DNA of 40,856 bases from Spongospora subterranea f. sp. subterranea. Its lineage: Eukaryota. The first letter of the stretch is position 1, and each line of letters starts with the position of its first letter. This document shows, one piece after another, positions 11,101 to 25,145 of the stretch. The notes under the pieces are model-generated. The model searched no databases. It was not told the origin of the DNA and saw nothing but the letters and a program-made list of their open reading frames with translations. A program made the translations under genes and the position numbers. The DNA is taken from assembly GCA_049724395.1 (NCBI GenBank), contig JAUGWO010000105.1, positions 62,001 to 102,856 on the forward strand. The letters are read 5' to 3'.

Positions 11101-14100
11101 CAAATAGTGAAATACCAGGGCGGCACTGAGTACAATTTCCTTGACCTATAGCGGGCTGTTCGTATCCAGCAGGGCACAGTTCACAGTTGGTCGAATTAGA
11201 AGTGCTACTGAACGTTCCAGCTTGGCATGGAGTGCATGAAGAAGATCCTGGAGTTGGGGCGTAGGTTCCTGGTGGACAAATAGTGCATTGGGTCGGAAAT
11301 AAGCTTAGACCATCTTGATAGCTATTCATTGCGACAGTAAGTTTCATGCTAATTACGAATTTTTGAGGGTATAAAACCTTCCAGGAGGACAAGGAGCACA
11401 TTCTTTGGCATAACTCATGTCGCCAAACCTTCCCGCAGGACACTTAGAGCAACTCTTCATTCCGACCTCACCGCTAAAGGTTCCCGGTACGCATGGCTCA
11501 CATTTGATTTGACCCGTAATGCCCTGCAAGAATATACCATATTGGTTAGTCCAAAACTTCAAGATGAAACAACTGGCCAGCAGCGGAGACCTGAGATGTC
11601 CCAAGTGGGCATTCTGTACATATCTCTGCTGTTGAGGAGCTTTGGTTCCGATATCTTCCAGAAGAACATGGACTACAGAGAACCGAGCCTGGCGTACTGG
11701 AATACCTATAATTTGCTCGTTAATCTGTGAAAGATTGGGGTTGTCATGAATCCATGCCTTCCTTCAGGGCAGGGCGAACACGTAATCTGCCCTTCGTTGC
11801 CTGCTTGGAACCCAGGTTGACAAGGAGAACATTGACCTTGAGCGGGTAATGGCTCAGCTGTCCCCACAGGACAGTCATTGCAGATTGGGCTGCCTGCACT
11901 AGCAAATGTTCCAGGACTGCAATCGGAACATTTGGTGGGACCATCAGAAGTTCTTCCAACAGGACAATCAACACATGTTTGGGCTCCTGTCGTGTTGCTA
12001 TCAACAGTACAAGGGTCAACTAACTGATCAAACACCCTCATTAGTTCAAACCTAAATTTGCCAGCAGGGCAGCGATTGCACTGGGACTGGCCAGAATTAC
12101 TATTGAATGTCCCGCTTGGGCATTCACTACAGCTCATCTGCTGTGTTTGATCCTAAAATTTCGCATAATAAGTGCAGGCCATACAAATCCAAAGGGATTT
12201 TACAGTAAAGGTCCCTGGAGGACACAGTTGGCATGAGCGTGATCCGAAACCAGGGGCGAACAATCCAAGATCACAAGCTTTACAGAGAGGGCTTCCAGGA
12301 TTCTCAGCATGACTGTCACCATTGTTGAGAAAACCTGGTTGTGAAAACTGCAACTATAATATACATACTTGCCGGGGGAACATGGTGAGCAAAATTCGGC
12401 CCCGCCGAACGCCGAGAAGGTACCTGGATTGCATGGCTGGCATTGAGATTGACCTGTCATATTATTGTATTGTCCGGCAGGACACGATAAGCAGGATGTT
12501 GACCCGAAAGCCGACTGAATGCAGTTTAATATATTGACAAACAGAAGAAACGGGCCTGCCGCCTTACTGAGTATTTTGCTACAGGACATTCTTTGCAGGA
12601 TCCAGAGGCAACATCATCTTGGAATTTTCCCGGTGGACAGGATAGACAGATGGGCGTCCCCTCTGCAGGAGCGTAGGTGCCACGCTCGCAATCTGTGCAA
12701 ACAATAGTCCCATCGGCTCCTTTAAACGATGATGTGCCAATTGGGCAATTGGTGCACGTGGACGAACTAAATGAATTAGACTAATGATAATTTAAAATCT
12801 TTCACAACGTGGACAGGTGGCTTTTTACAAATGTTCCCGCAGGGCAATTGCGGCACGACGATTGGCCTTGTGTCGAAGCGTATTTTCCAGGGTCGCACCC
12901 TGTACAGACGCCGGAACCAATCGACGCTGTGTATGAACCAAGGCCACACGGCGAGCACATGGTCTGCCCTTTCAGTGGCTGCTTGTAACCAGCTGGGCAT
13001 GCTTGGCATTCTGTTTTGCTCAACATGCTGTCATTATTAAACCTGGTGGCCGATGATTTCAACCCATACTACTTTGAACGTCAACCAAGTTTGTACCGAC
13101 CTTCCAACAGGACACTGAGTACAAAACGATGACCCTTGAGAATCAGACATAAATCCACTTGCACAAGGAATACACGTGGTCTGCTTTTCATTAGGTTGTG
13201 ATGTTCCCGCCGGGCATAACTGGCACTTTGAAGCTGCGGTGCTGAACTTTCCTGTGGGACAGTTCGAACAACTCTGAGAGCCTAGTTGAGTCGCTTCTGT
13301 TCCAGCTTCACATGGTGTGCAAACGGCTTCTGAACTACCGTATAAGTTTGTGAATGTATATGGGCTCGAACACGTACGGTTAGCAGCAGCTGATGTGTTG
13401 GGTAAACACGGTTGGCACGCGGTTGATCCAGACTGGTTCGCGTATGTGCCAGGCGCACAACTAAGACAGTTATCGCTGCCGAAACCAGCAGAGAATGTGC
13501 CAGGTGGACATTGGCTACAAAACGATGACCGAGCGTTGCTCGAGTTTCCCTGAAAATACACCGTATGAACAAATTAGTCCTTTGATCTTCACTCTTCTTA
13601 CAGGTGCGCATTGGGTACAAGTTAAAGCACCAAGTCCGAAAGAATAGGTTCCAGCAATGCATGCGGTGCATTGAGATTGACCAGCGTTCAAGTTTGATGT
13701 TCCGATAGGGCACAAGGTGCACTTCGACGCTTGATTGGAAGCTGAAAACGTCCCTGCTGGACATTGCGTACAATTGATTGACTGAAATGAATCGGAGTAA
13801 CTGAAACACAATGAGTTCAGGATTGTAATCATGAAATGAACGACAAACCTTCCACTTGGACATTCCATGCAAGATGGCTGACCCTGAGTTGCGGCATAAA
13901 ACCCTGGCGAACATGGAGAGCATGCTGTGCTTGCAGCCGATATCGCTTGAAGTCCAGCAGGACAAGGGGTGCATTTGCTATTCCCAGTAGTGCTGGCATA
14001 CCTGAAAAACCGCTGAATTTGAAATCAAAAACAACATGATAACTGAAGTACCTGCCAGGTAGGCAATCGATACATGTTGCGGAATCAACGGTATCGCTAT

Positions 14101-17100
14101 ACCGACCTCGCTCGCAAGGAGTGCATAGTGACGAACCGCCAGTAGAGTATCTTCCTACCGGGCATATCTGGCAGCTTGATGCTCCTGATACATTACTGAA
14201 TTGTCCTTCAGGGCAGTCCGGACAAACTGATTGCCCCAAAGCAGATTGGCTTGTGCCAAGACCGCAATTTTTGCAACTAATTTGGCCGCCTTCGTTTTGA
14301 TACGTCCCCATAGGGCATAGCGTAGATGAATTTGATCCCTGCATTGCACTAAACGATCCAGGGGGAGCTTGAATGCAAGTTATCGATTTTGCAGTCGGAG
14401 CGAAACTTCCAGGATCACATTTTGAGCATGAATCTAAAGTGAGAGAAGAAACAGTGCCAGCAGGACAAACATTGCAGCTTGTCAAACCAGGTACTGCAGA
14501 GAACATACCGAGACTGCATTTTTCGCACGAAGTTACGCCGATCGCACTAGACGCTCGTCCAGGTTCGCAGTTGGCACAAAGTGTCGTGTTAAACCCATGG
14601 GTTCCAGGTGGACAGAATATGCATTTTGTTGACCCGTATCCAACAGCCGTACTACCAGGAATACACTCCTCGCATTGAAGTGCATTTAGGACATTTGAAT
14701 ATGTGCCAGGCAAACACTTAGTACACGTGTTTCCGTCAACAAACTCTCCTGGATTGCACTTGGTGTAGGAGAGAGTGGCGTTAGGTGAGCTACCAATTGT
14801 GCCTCCATTTTGAATAACAATAACGGTCCGTTCCATTCCTGATCCTTTTGGGCTGTTACAAGTTACTCGTCGCTGCGGAAAGCTAGCATCGTGTTGGACG
14901 GATAAACACGGCGCTCCTCCGACAAAAACTAATGCCGGACCAAAGAAATTTTGCCCGTTGATGGTGATTCTTGTTCCACCGGCTCGCGAGCAATTGCTTG
15001 TTGATCCCGGTAACGGGTCTCCATCATTACAGCCCGAGACAGACGTGATTGTAGGTGGGGCATACGAGAATAAATTGACAGGACGTGAAAACAACACACC
15101 CGAAGACGCAACAACCTCCAAATTCAACCCGGCACCTGCATCAACACGACACGTGTACTGGTTTGACGATATAAAAGTTCGCAATAAGCACGCGCTAGTT
15201 GACATCCGCGTGCTGACGTCCTCGGCGAAATTTGCACCTGTTATCGTCAAAATAGAACCTCCTTCCGTCGAACATCCCGAAGTAGAATTTCCGGCCTGGG
15301 TCAGGAATTGAGCAAAAATCCACACAATGCGTGCAAAGTATCTAACCTGAACAGGACATCCTTCTATCCTGTATACGTTTGGGGCGATAGGATAAGAATA
15401 ACGGAAAGAACTCGGCGCCGAGACTTGATTCAAGGCGGTGATTACGAATTGCAGAAGAGAACCCTCTCCTGGAGATGTTCTACAGGAAATCTCGACCATT
15501 TCAGAGCTGTGGTCAACAACCGTCAAACCTATTGAAACGCAAGAATATTGGTCGTAGTTAGGACTAGAGCCATAGGAAATCGACAGAAGGGCAGGATTGG
15601 TGCCGACTCTTTTGGCTCTGAACACGATTATCTGTCCTTCGGTTGTATTGACTTGTAGAAAACTTGACCTGAGTGAAGAATCCGCTGACCCCAGGGATGC
15701 TGCGACAAACAGAGGAATTGGGTGTGACAGTGAATCAGATCCGAAGGTAGAAAGCTGTGGGCCAGATCCGACTTGAAAACGTAACCCAGATCCCACACTG
15801 TCTGGAAGCAAACAAGATATGGTGGTTTGACCATTTTGCAAAGATTCATTCTTCACATTAGTACAGGAAAATAACGACGAACGCGAAGGGTCGCCAAATA
15901 CGACAGTAATGGGGTTTGCCTCAACATGGAGACATTTCAACCAGGCGTAAAGGACTGGCGGACTCGTCATAGTCCAATTAGCAGTGACGTTGCCGTTGAC
16001 GTTGGCCTTGTACAAACCGCCTCCAGAGGTCTTGATAGTCAGCGAGTTGGGTACAAGAACAGGCCCAGAGTAGGATAATCCAGTTTTAGAGGTTGATTGA
16101 CTATTTAGAGAAGATGGTCCAACTGATACCGCAACGATGAGAGAAAACCCTCCAGTGGCCCTTTGCGGTAATCTGCATTTTAGAGATTGAACTGGAGTAT
16201 TGTATGAATAGATCACATTTGAACATGGTAAGTTGCCAACTGTGATATTTGCGCCTGCAGCTAAATTCTGCCCAACAATTGTAATTGTTGTTCCTCCCAG
16301 CACTGAACAATCAGAGGTAGATGCCCCATCAAATACAGGACACCCTGAAACGGACGTGATAGTGGGAGGTGAATATGAAAATATCGCACCAGAACCCGTC
16401 TGGCCACCAACTGTTATTAGCAATGGCAGCATGGTTCCACTGCCGCTGGGCAACGAACACAATAGGGACGAATGAGTATGACCAGGGTTGACAGCGCATG
16501 GTTTGCCACCAACGGTTACATCTACTTGATCGGATGTTCCACCAAAGTTGGCGCCAGTCAATTGCAGAGTATTTCCTGGTCCGGCTTCGGTCGCTCCTGT
16601 CGCAGCAACCACTGTAGAAATTACAGGCGGCTGATACGAGAAGAGCCCGTTGCCGGTTGAACTACTTTGCCCGGCACTGTTAGTAACAATGACGTCTAAA
16701 TTCTTTCCTGTCCCTGAAGGACAAAGGCATTCAATAGAGTTCTGTTGGTACCCAGCGCCAGAAACTGTGCAATTTTTTCCTCCGATGGTGACCCTTACAA
16801 GCCCTTGTGCTGGACCAAACTCACGACCCAAAATCCGGACCAGGATACCACCCGATGTTGGGCCGTTTGCTGCGAGAATGAATAAGTAATCATAACGAAC
16901 CAGTTAAAATCGAATACCTGGATTGAGAGAAGTTATGGTGCTGGAACGATAGCTGAGGAAGACAGTAGTTTTTTGGCCACCAGCGTCCAATATCAAAGGC
17001 AAATTTGATCCTGAACCTTTCGCAGCTATACAGCGGATACGATTGTGCGACTGTGTTCCAGAAACAATTTCACATGATTGTCCCGCAAAACTGATTGCTG

Positions 17101-20100
17101 TTTGCGTGCCGAAGGACGTTCCGGATATAATGAGGACACCGGAACCATCTGTTGGAACTTTGACGTCTGCAGAATTTAAAACAACTATTGGCGGGATAAT
17201 GATAGGAGGTGCGTAGGAAAACAGTATACTATTGGAAATCTGTCCTTTTACGTTGACAGTTAAGGCCAAGTTTGCACCTTGACCGACAGGAACGGTGCAT
17301 GTGATTTGCACATGATTGAGAACCAAATTAGTACTGGGGCATACTTTGCCTCCGATTGTAGCATAGCCTGATGTCCCGAAGTTCACCCCAGCAATAGTGA
17401 TTACGTCAACACCAGCAGTTGAAAACAGCGTTGTTGAGCCATTGAACGATGTAATTACAGGACCGTTATAGGCGATGTTGACAGAATTACTCTTCTGGGA
17501 ACCAAGAGATACTTGCACAGAAACCAACGAGCCTTCGCCTTGAGGCAACGTACAGATAATGCGACTTTGATTTTGAAAAGAAACTGGGCAAATGCTTCCA
17601 CCGACCTGAACTGTACTGAAAGTGCCAAAATCGCGGCCGTTCACCGTTATCGGAACTTGACCCAACGTTGGAAACGAATTGCCTGTAACGGTTGATATTT
17701 GAGGGCCAAAATACGAGATAAGAAACGTCTCAGTTGATAGAAGCCCGTCGACCGAAACGGTAACTGTTTCGTCGATTCCATTACCTTCAGGAAGAGTACA
17801 GTTGATTTGGGTGTGGGAATGTGCAATTACAGCACAATCGGATGTGCCAGCAATAGTGACAGAGATTACCGCCGATGGCGCCCCGAAGTTTAGACCATCG
17901 ATTGTCATCATGGCATTTCCAGCAGTAGCAAACCTTGACGGTGATACCTGAGTGATTGAGGGCGGTAGATAGGATATTTGGACTGAGCTAGATCGCTGGT
18001 TTCCAACAGTTATATACAGAGCAATAGCTTTCCCTGAGCCCGGTGGACACTTGAACGAAACCTGTTTATGAGGCAGAAGGCCAATCACAGGTAACGAATT
18101 GGTCAGAAAACTGATTATCGCCAAAGAAGAATTTGGTCCAAAATTGTCCCCGTTGACTGTGATGATAGTAGTTCCTTTGGAATCACATCCCGAGCTTGGA
18201 GTGAAAGAAGTTATTGAAGGCGGAATAAACGATATAGCATTGGATAATGTTGACGTTTTCGTAGGAATGGAACTCGTTCTAGTTATAGAAACGTTCAGAT
18301 TCTGTCCAACTGAAGGCGCGATTTGGCACTTGATCAGACTTTGCGAATAGAAGGTGACTGGGCAAGCAATTCCAGAAATGTCGACGAGACCGCTGGTGCC
18401 AAAACTCCGCCCAGAAATGGTTAATATGGAATTCGACGTGTTGGTTGAGAATAATTGTGGCGAAACAGACGACGCTGTTGGTGAAGTGAATTGCAATGCG
18501 GACGAATAAGTGGATTTTCCGTCGGCCGTGGTGAGTTTGAAGGTGCCATTGACGCCAGAGAGCGCTGGCGTGGTACACTTGACAACAGTATGAGTCCAAC
18601 CATCGGCCTGGTCACAAAGTCAAACGGGGGCCAAGTAAACCGCATCAATTCTAACTCACCTGAATATTGCATGGGCTATTGCCATCAAGAAAAACGACAC
18701 TTCCTGAAATGGATCCGAAACTTGAACCGGTGAGGGTAATTACCGTCCCCCCATTAGTATCAACAGAGGCTGGACTGGAACTCGACACCGAGGGCGAGCG
18801 GAAAGAAAAGTAAGACGACAAGACAGAACTGCGTCCTCCTTGAGGAACCTCTACTCTTACATCAAGATTGGTCCCGGATCCAGGAGCGACCTGACATTGC
18901 ACTGCAGCATGCGAGAATACGCTAGATATGCAGCTAATACCGCCAATTGACCCAAATCCAGAGGCTCCTAGACTAGAACCTTGAAATTGGACAGTCGTAC
19001 CCTCGGTAGGTGAATTTGATGGGGAGACGGCCAATAAAACGGGAGCGCTGTATGCGAAAATGATATTCGTGTTAGAGATGCGGCCTAGAACGTTGACGAA
19101 TACTTGAAGATCGTTTCCTTGCCCAGCCGGAGCGGCGCAAGTTATCCGCGTATGCCCAAGAGTTGGCCCAGACGCCGAAACACACTCGACGGCACTGTTC
19201 AACGTCGAATCGGTGGAATGGCGGAAGTACACCTTCCCCGTCAGGCCGAAATTGGACCCGTCGACGACGATCGGATAGGTCCCGACAGTGGATCCGAAGA
19301 GTGGGGAGACGGTGGTAACGGTAGGAGCGAGGTAGTCGATATACACGCCAGCCAGCACATTAGACTGATCGAAGATGGTAACAGTGGGAAAGAGCGAGAC
19401 CCCCTCTCCAGCCGACATCACACACGTTAATCTCGTATGAGCCACAGTGACAATGACGGATCCACACGATTTCGTCCCGATATTGACAGATACGACCCCG
19501 GAACCAACCGCACCGAAATTGACGCCGCTGATGGTGAGGGTTCCCCCGATCGTGGGCATGCCGACCGCATTGCTCGGGTAAGTCACTGATGTTAAAACTG
19601 GGGGATTGTACTTGTAGACTACGTTAGATTGGGATAACTGAGAATTGACAGTGATTTTAACCGTGGCTGAGGACCCATATCCTGAAAAGCAATGTCTTAG
19701 AAAAACCACGTATGGGGGACATTCAAAAGCAATGCAGTACCGGCAGGAATAACGCATTTCAGAATTTTGTGCGGAGTGATAAACGCAGGTGACGAACATG
19801 TCCATTGGCCATCAAATAAGACACTGACTTTGGTGATATCGGAGCCGAAATCAGTTCCTGTTAGTGTGATGAATCCTCCGCCTGTTGTATTGCCACTTGA
19901 AGGAAAGATACTGGTGATCGACGGTCCCGCGTAAGAAAACGCAGAGCTGGCCGTTTGTCCCGAAGAATTGACGGTTAGTATTGAATTGATACCGGAAGCT
20001 ATTGGACACGCGACGATTAACTGTGTCTGAGCACTGGAGCTAATTGTCGCTGCAACACCATTGATCTTGACGGTAGGACTAGTTCCGAAATTGGAGCCAA

Positions 20101-20830
20101 GCACCGTAAGCGAAACACTGCCATCTGTTTTCAACAAACTGGGATTAATACTTGAAATCGACGGAACTGCAAATGAGAAAAGAACTGTGAGCTTTGAAGC
20201 TGGAATAATCGTATTCCAGATGAACAGGGGAACTGAAGTTCCTCCAGCGGAAGCGGGAATTTTAACAACAACCGTTTCAGGGAGCCCGATACTGTATTTT
20301 GGTGTTAACGGCGTTTGCGTATATGGCGCAAATTTGTCCCAATCCGGCCAATACTGTTTGGTGTTCGATACCACCGTCAGCGTCTGACCGTTCATTTGGA
20401 AAACTGGAGGGTACGTCCTTGTAAAAGCACTATTATAAAGTGTGAAATATCGCCCAACAATAGTCACAACGTCGGTTCCGTCCGTTAAAAGCCCGGTTTG
20501 CTTGTTTGTACTGCGTATAACCATCAGATATTTGTTGTTTGCACTTTGAGTAGGTACTGACCTCAACAAAACTGGTTTCATACAGTCGGCATAGTAATCT
20601 TTGTGACAATCGCCAAAAACTTGGCATTGTGCACCGCAGGAATACGTAACAAAGCGTTCAATAGTGCATGTATTCCATGAATAGGTCTCATTCCCTGCTG
20701 TTCCCGCAGTCTGCTTTGTACAATATCCACCAGGACCGAAATTTTCACATAAATAGTTGGGGGTTAAACAAACCCCAGGTTCACCATACTCAAGTATGCA
20801 CGAAACAAGCACCGCCAATAACAGCCACAT
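8160..20830 (-). CDS. Giant multi-exon cell-surface protein: signal peptide, somatomedin-B-like, ~18-20 IPT/TIG repeats, Cys-rich GCC2/GCC3 (ephrin-receptor-like) array, multi-pass TM C-terminus
   Basis: N-terminus MWLLLAVLVSCIL; SCGAQCQVFGDCHKDYYADC (SMB-like); repeated P-x-I-x-x-x-x-P...G...ITIxGxNFG units in ORFs 19697-20830, 18651-19805, 16904-18496 and 13829-16831; dozens of CxxCxxG units from ~14770 to ~9950; TM block KLKIMLG, FLIYPTVSSTILRLFVC, YLRSDMRLTCYD, WWFEMVDMLHK, RPYIRKGDDRL. AATAAA lies ~20 nt after the stop; consecutive ORFs are joined by short GT-AG introns. Confidence 0.9.
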
Positions 20831-22518
20831 TGTGGCGAGGTTACCGGCAGCGGCTTACAGGAAAGTAAGTCGCGACAACGATGCGGTTGGTGAAGAAGAG
20901 GGTATACGGGCAGCTGGTTGGCGCCAGTTAGAGTAGCATTGGCCAGTTGAAGTGCCAATTTAACGGGTAGGTTGCCTGTAACAGGTCTCATAGTGGCCCT
21001 TCTTGTTCCTTTATTATGCACTGTCACAGTCAAGGGAATCCAGGGCGAACCTGATGCAACTTGTAGGTGAAGCTGATCACCACGATTATTTTTTGCTGAT
21101 TTTTCCAGTTACCTTCTGCATAACGCTTTATTATACCTATCTGGAAGTCGCAAAAATTTTACCCATAGCTCACAGCGTATTATCCATAAACCAATTTTAT
21201 GTAGCAGCGTATTGTATGTAGGAGGGTTCCCTTACATATGAAATAGCGTATAAATATCGTCTGAATCGAGGGGTTGAACTTTCTTATAATGTGTGTAGGT
21301 CGATATTTTAGATATAAGTTCAGCGATTATACCAATAATGTGCCCGTTGGCATCCCATTAACCCCATCGATGTGTGGGCCTATAAATACTGTGACTTACA
21401 GTGATCTCTCTGTCATTTCCTGACTGCATTCATCCCATATTGCCACCTTATCGTCATCATCATCCCACTAGGGTTCTTCTACTGTAATTCATTATCAGAA
21501 TCAGCGCAACTTGTTCACTTTAGCCATTGGTTGTGATCTTTTGTTGGAGAGAAATAAGCAGACGTGCTTGATCCACACCAAATGGAACCTACAACCAAAG
21601 AGTCTGGCGTCCGCCATCTCAGCGCCATGTTCAATCAGAAATGTGCTGAACCATCTGGGCAGCAAAATGGGGATGTTGCTGATGTACAGCCTGAGACCCT
21701 TCATTTTTTTGTTTCGTAATATTGGTTCAGGCGAAATCAGAACCTTCGACGCCGTCGGTTAGCGAGCTTCGCGCAAGGCTTAGCTCATCGATCAAGCCGA
21801 ATCAGCTGGCAATCCATAGACCGATTCACAGCTATAAAACTGATCAACAGGCTCCAAACAGATTGAGGTCATTGAACAACAGTTTCGATTTTGTACGACC
21901 TAAAACAGCAATCAGCCAACGTCTGATCGATGCCGTTGATAGGGCAACGGATCAGATGGAGTCTCTAGTCCTACAGCGGCTGAGGATATTGATAAAGGAA
22001 CCGACGCTCCATCAAAACCATTCGGGAAGGTGTTTGACAACACTCTACAGACGGTATGGCGCAAGGCAGATCGCACACCAACACGGATTGATCACTATTT
22101 CCAGGGAATGTCACAAGAACATCAGCACCAAAGGACTGCCACCAGTGTTTCCGCCATCAAATCCCAACTGAATTTAACCATGCCAATGATGCAATTCGGT
22201 ATAATCAAAGACTACTCACGATGGAGGAACGGTTGACGAAGTGATGTGTAGGCGGGAAACCTTATGCTGGGAAGAAGGCAGCGTCATCGTTGGACATCAC
22301 GAGCAGGGCTTTCACAGAGCCTAATAAGATTGCGGTGAAGAACGATGAGGTGATGTGGCGTAACCATAATGACTTCACCCAACTATAATTATGGACAACA
22401 GGACGTTGGAATGACATTTGCCTCTGATCCAGCTCTGTCAACATTATCGCCCGCTCAACCGTCGTTCTCTAATGAAATCTGTAGATAACCCCAGCTGACC
22501 TGCAATCTTTACAGACAC

Positions 22519-23674
22519 ATGTCCAAACGAGTATCGGATCTGCAATCTAAACTGGCCTTTAATCCTCTGATGCTTACTCCAGGTGAACACACGTATCATG
22601 CACTTGGGTTATTGCACTGAAACCGTCAATAGGGGCTCTGAATCGGGCTAGTTCGTTGCAGTCGAAATCAACGACAGTGCCAGTTGTGTGCCTGAACTTC
22701 AACCTGATAGCCAGCTAAATCGTCCGACCATCAGCAGAGGATCTAGAAGAGGGAGAAGCGTGGCCAAGTTCGCTTGCGATCAGCGTTCCAGCGCCACGAT
22801 TGACGAAGTTGCTGAAATTGCGATATCGTTGGGGCAATCATCGGTGGAATGCGCGGTTGCGATCGACAGCAATCTGAGCATATCGTGTGAATCGATTGAC
22901 GGTCCAGGCGACACTCTCACGAATAGCACAATGTCCCCCATCATCGAGAGCAGCAGCGAGTCGACGAAACCCGATTCGCCCAACGATGCAACGGGGGTTT
23001 CGACGGTGAAGAAGGACACAGACGTGGTTCAATGCGAGGCAAGCGAAAGCGAGAAGGTCCACGAAAGCGACGGCGACGAAAACGAGAACGTCTCAGGTGT
23101 CAAAGCGGAACTCATCCCGTAAGACACAATAGGTGGATGATGATCAACTAAAGTACTGCTGCGACATTAGGTCAACAACTTCCCAAAGCGACGTTCTCGA
23201 CAACAGCCAGGTTGGAACTACATTGTAAGGAATCTGCTATCGAAAATGTTTTGTAAGACGGTTCTGCCTACTTTTTCATTGTTGTCCCCAGTGTCGGAAG
23301 TGAAGATGTTTCGGCAAATCGTTCAGAATCACAATCGTAAGACGCTGTTTATTCATGATCTCTATATAACTGAAACAAAGGGAGCCCGCGAATTTGTTGG
23401 TGAACTCGGTGAACAGCCCTCCACAACCGATATCGTAGGTTTGCGAGGCAACGGATGGTCGCTGATATTGATTTCAGTGTGGTTCAACCTCAGAGATCCC
23501 GACCCATCTGCTCAAACAGCAATTGCAGTTCCCCAACTGGAGCTCAATACCACTGTTGTTGACACGATCATGGTTGATAATGCCAACACGCCCATTAGGT
23601 ACTCGGGACTCGGTCCCCGAACGTGCTCACTCAACTGCTTGTCCAACTATAGGATTGAAGACAGAAATTCGTAA
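22519..23674 (+). CDS. Ser/acidic-rich hypothetical protein (multi-exon) with a possible CapZIP/FAM21-like N-terminal motif
   Basis: ATG 22519 MSKRVSDLQSKLAFNPLMLTP; an intron at 22583-22661 joins it to ORF 22688-23122 (SQLNRPTISRGSRR...). The 3' boundary is uncertain and it may continue into the next gene. Confidence 0.4.
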
Positions 23675-23922
23675 TATAATAGATCGCCTTAGTATCTTAC
23701 TATCAACGCCTCCACTCTCAGTAAATAGTTTATTGGCAATCCCTCATACTTTATAATGAAAAACAGAAACCATGTTGCCGAGTGATGTCTGTTTGCCCAA
23801 TGTACAGCACCGTAATACATGCCATAGCGCATGCCATGGCGCTATGGGAACTATCTGTGACGATAGAACGGGACCTTGATGATGTCTGACTGGGGGTTGA
23901 TATCGACCTGTCAACTCAACGG

Positions 23923-25089
23923 GTGTGCGATTTCGGTCGATGCACATTCCCGTCACCCGATCCTAACGACGAAATGACACTGAATGGTTTGAGTAGCGCC
24001 ATGGCGCCCACCACTTGCGCCCACGTCAACGTCGCCATGGCGTCCAAGGAGATCGCCACGCTGACCTTGCAGAAGATGGCGGCCAGCCGTGATCGGCAGG
24101 AGATGGCGGCGTGCGTTAACGGATTGGAACAGCGCTTGGCTACAGAAAACGCCAAGAACGATCTGCTGCAGCAACAGTAATAGGGTCGATTATCGTCAAA
24201 CAATACAATAATCAATTTTCGATCAGGCTCCAGATAGAATCGGCGTCTTCAAAGCGACTGTCTTCAGATAACGACGTACTTCGAACACAAATACATAAAC
24301 TTCGCTCCGACACTGCAGCCAAAATCGAAACCCTGACTAAGCAACGAGATTGTGATTCTGAGCAAAATGGTTTCGCCAAAGAGAACGAGAATTGTAAACC
24401 GAAAGGTGCTGTCGTAGTCGTTTTACGTCTTTGAATTCATTGGTCGTTTTCTAACGATGAGATAAGGTGCGGATGGCGATCCGACTGTATGGGCTGAGAT
24501 TGTCAATCTGGTATCGGCCGTTGATCCCGCCCTGGTCACGTCTCCCCAATCGCCACGACGCGACTTCCGCACGTCGATATTAGAGTTGACATCCCAGCTG
24601 GTCAACGTCATCAGTCACCAACGACAACAGCTGGCGCTGAACAGCGTCAAATTACGCCAATCCAGAGAATCTGAGTGTCAGCTGATGGTTCGCTCGACAG
24701 CGTTGGAGCGGTCGTTCCGACAGATCCGAATGAAGCACTCGATTACAATCGCGTGTAATATCGCGTTGACTCGAAAACTATCAGATCAGAAGGGGGTTGT
24801 CGAGCAGATTCGCACCCTGGCGTGGCGCCATCAACAACCTCGTCCCAAGACGGACCACACTCAGAAGGCTGACAAAGCGACACGATTGCTGGACCGGTAG
24901 CGCAATGATGAGGCTGCAGTTTTTGATCGCAGTTCTGATATTGCCTGGAAACTTAGGAGACCGGAGAAGGAAATCACGGTTCTGGACAAAGGTTTTGCCG
25001 TTCACGAAAAGCTGTTCCTGATGCAGAAGTTTCTGGACCAGCTCGCCGCTCAGGAGAACGCGAAGAAGGGGAAGGCCCTAGGAGCGTGA
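23923..25089 (+). CDS. Coiled-coil hypothetical protein (multi-exon)
   Basis: ORFs 23923-24180 and 24586-24900 plus intervening frames are rich in L/Q/E/K/R heptads and separated by short GT-AG introns; ends AQENAKKGKALGA-TGA at 25089. Confidence 0.55.
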
Positions 25090-25145
25090 CGTATAAGTAA
25101 TCAAGAAAATACAGTTGTTGTTGGTTGTTATGACAATTGGGAGAT

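Noticed and set aside
15296..15346. Hydrophobic insert VRYFARIVWIFAQFLTQ inside the 1000-aa ORF as a TM segment
   Set aside because: It is a 51-nt in-frame GT-AG intron interrupting an IPT repeat.
8203..20868. Numerous plus-strand ORFs antisense to the giant gene
   Set aside because: Shadow frames of a Ser/Thr/Gly/Cys-rich coding strand with no recognisable motifs.
23822..23847. 9-bp stem hairpin ccatagcgc/gcgctatgg
   Set aside because: Too short to separate from chance; no terminator role is expected in a eukaryote.
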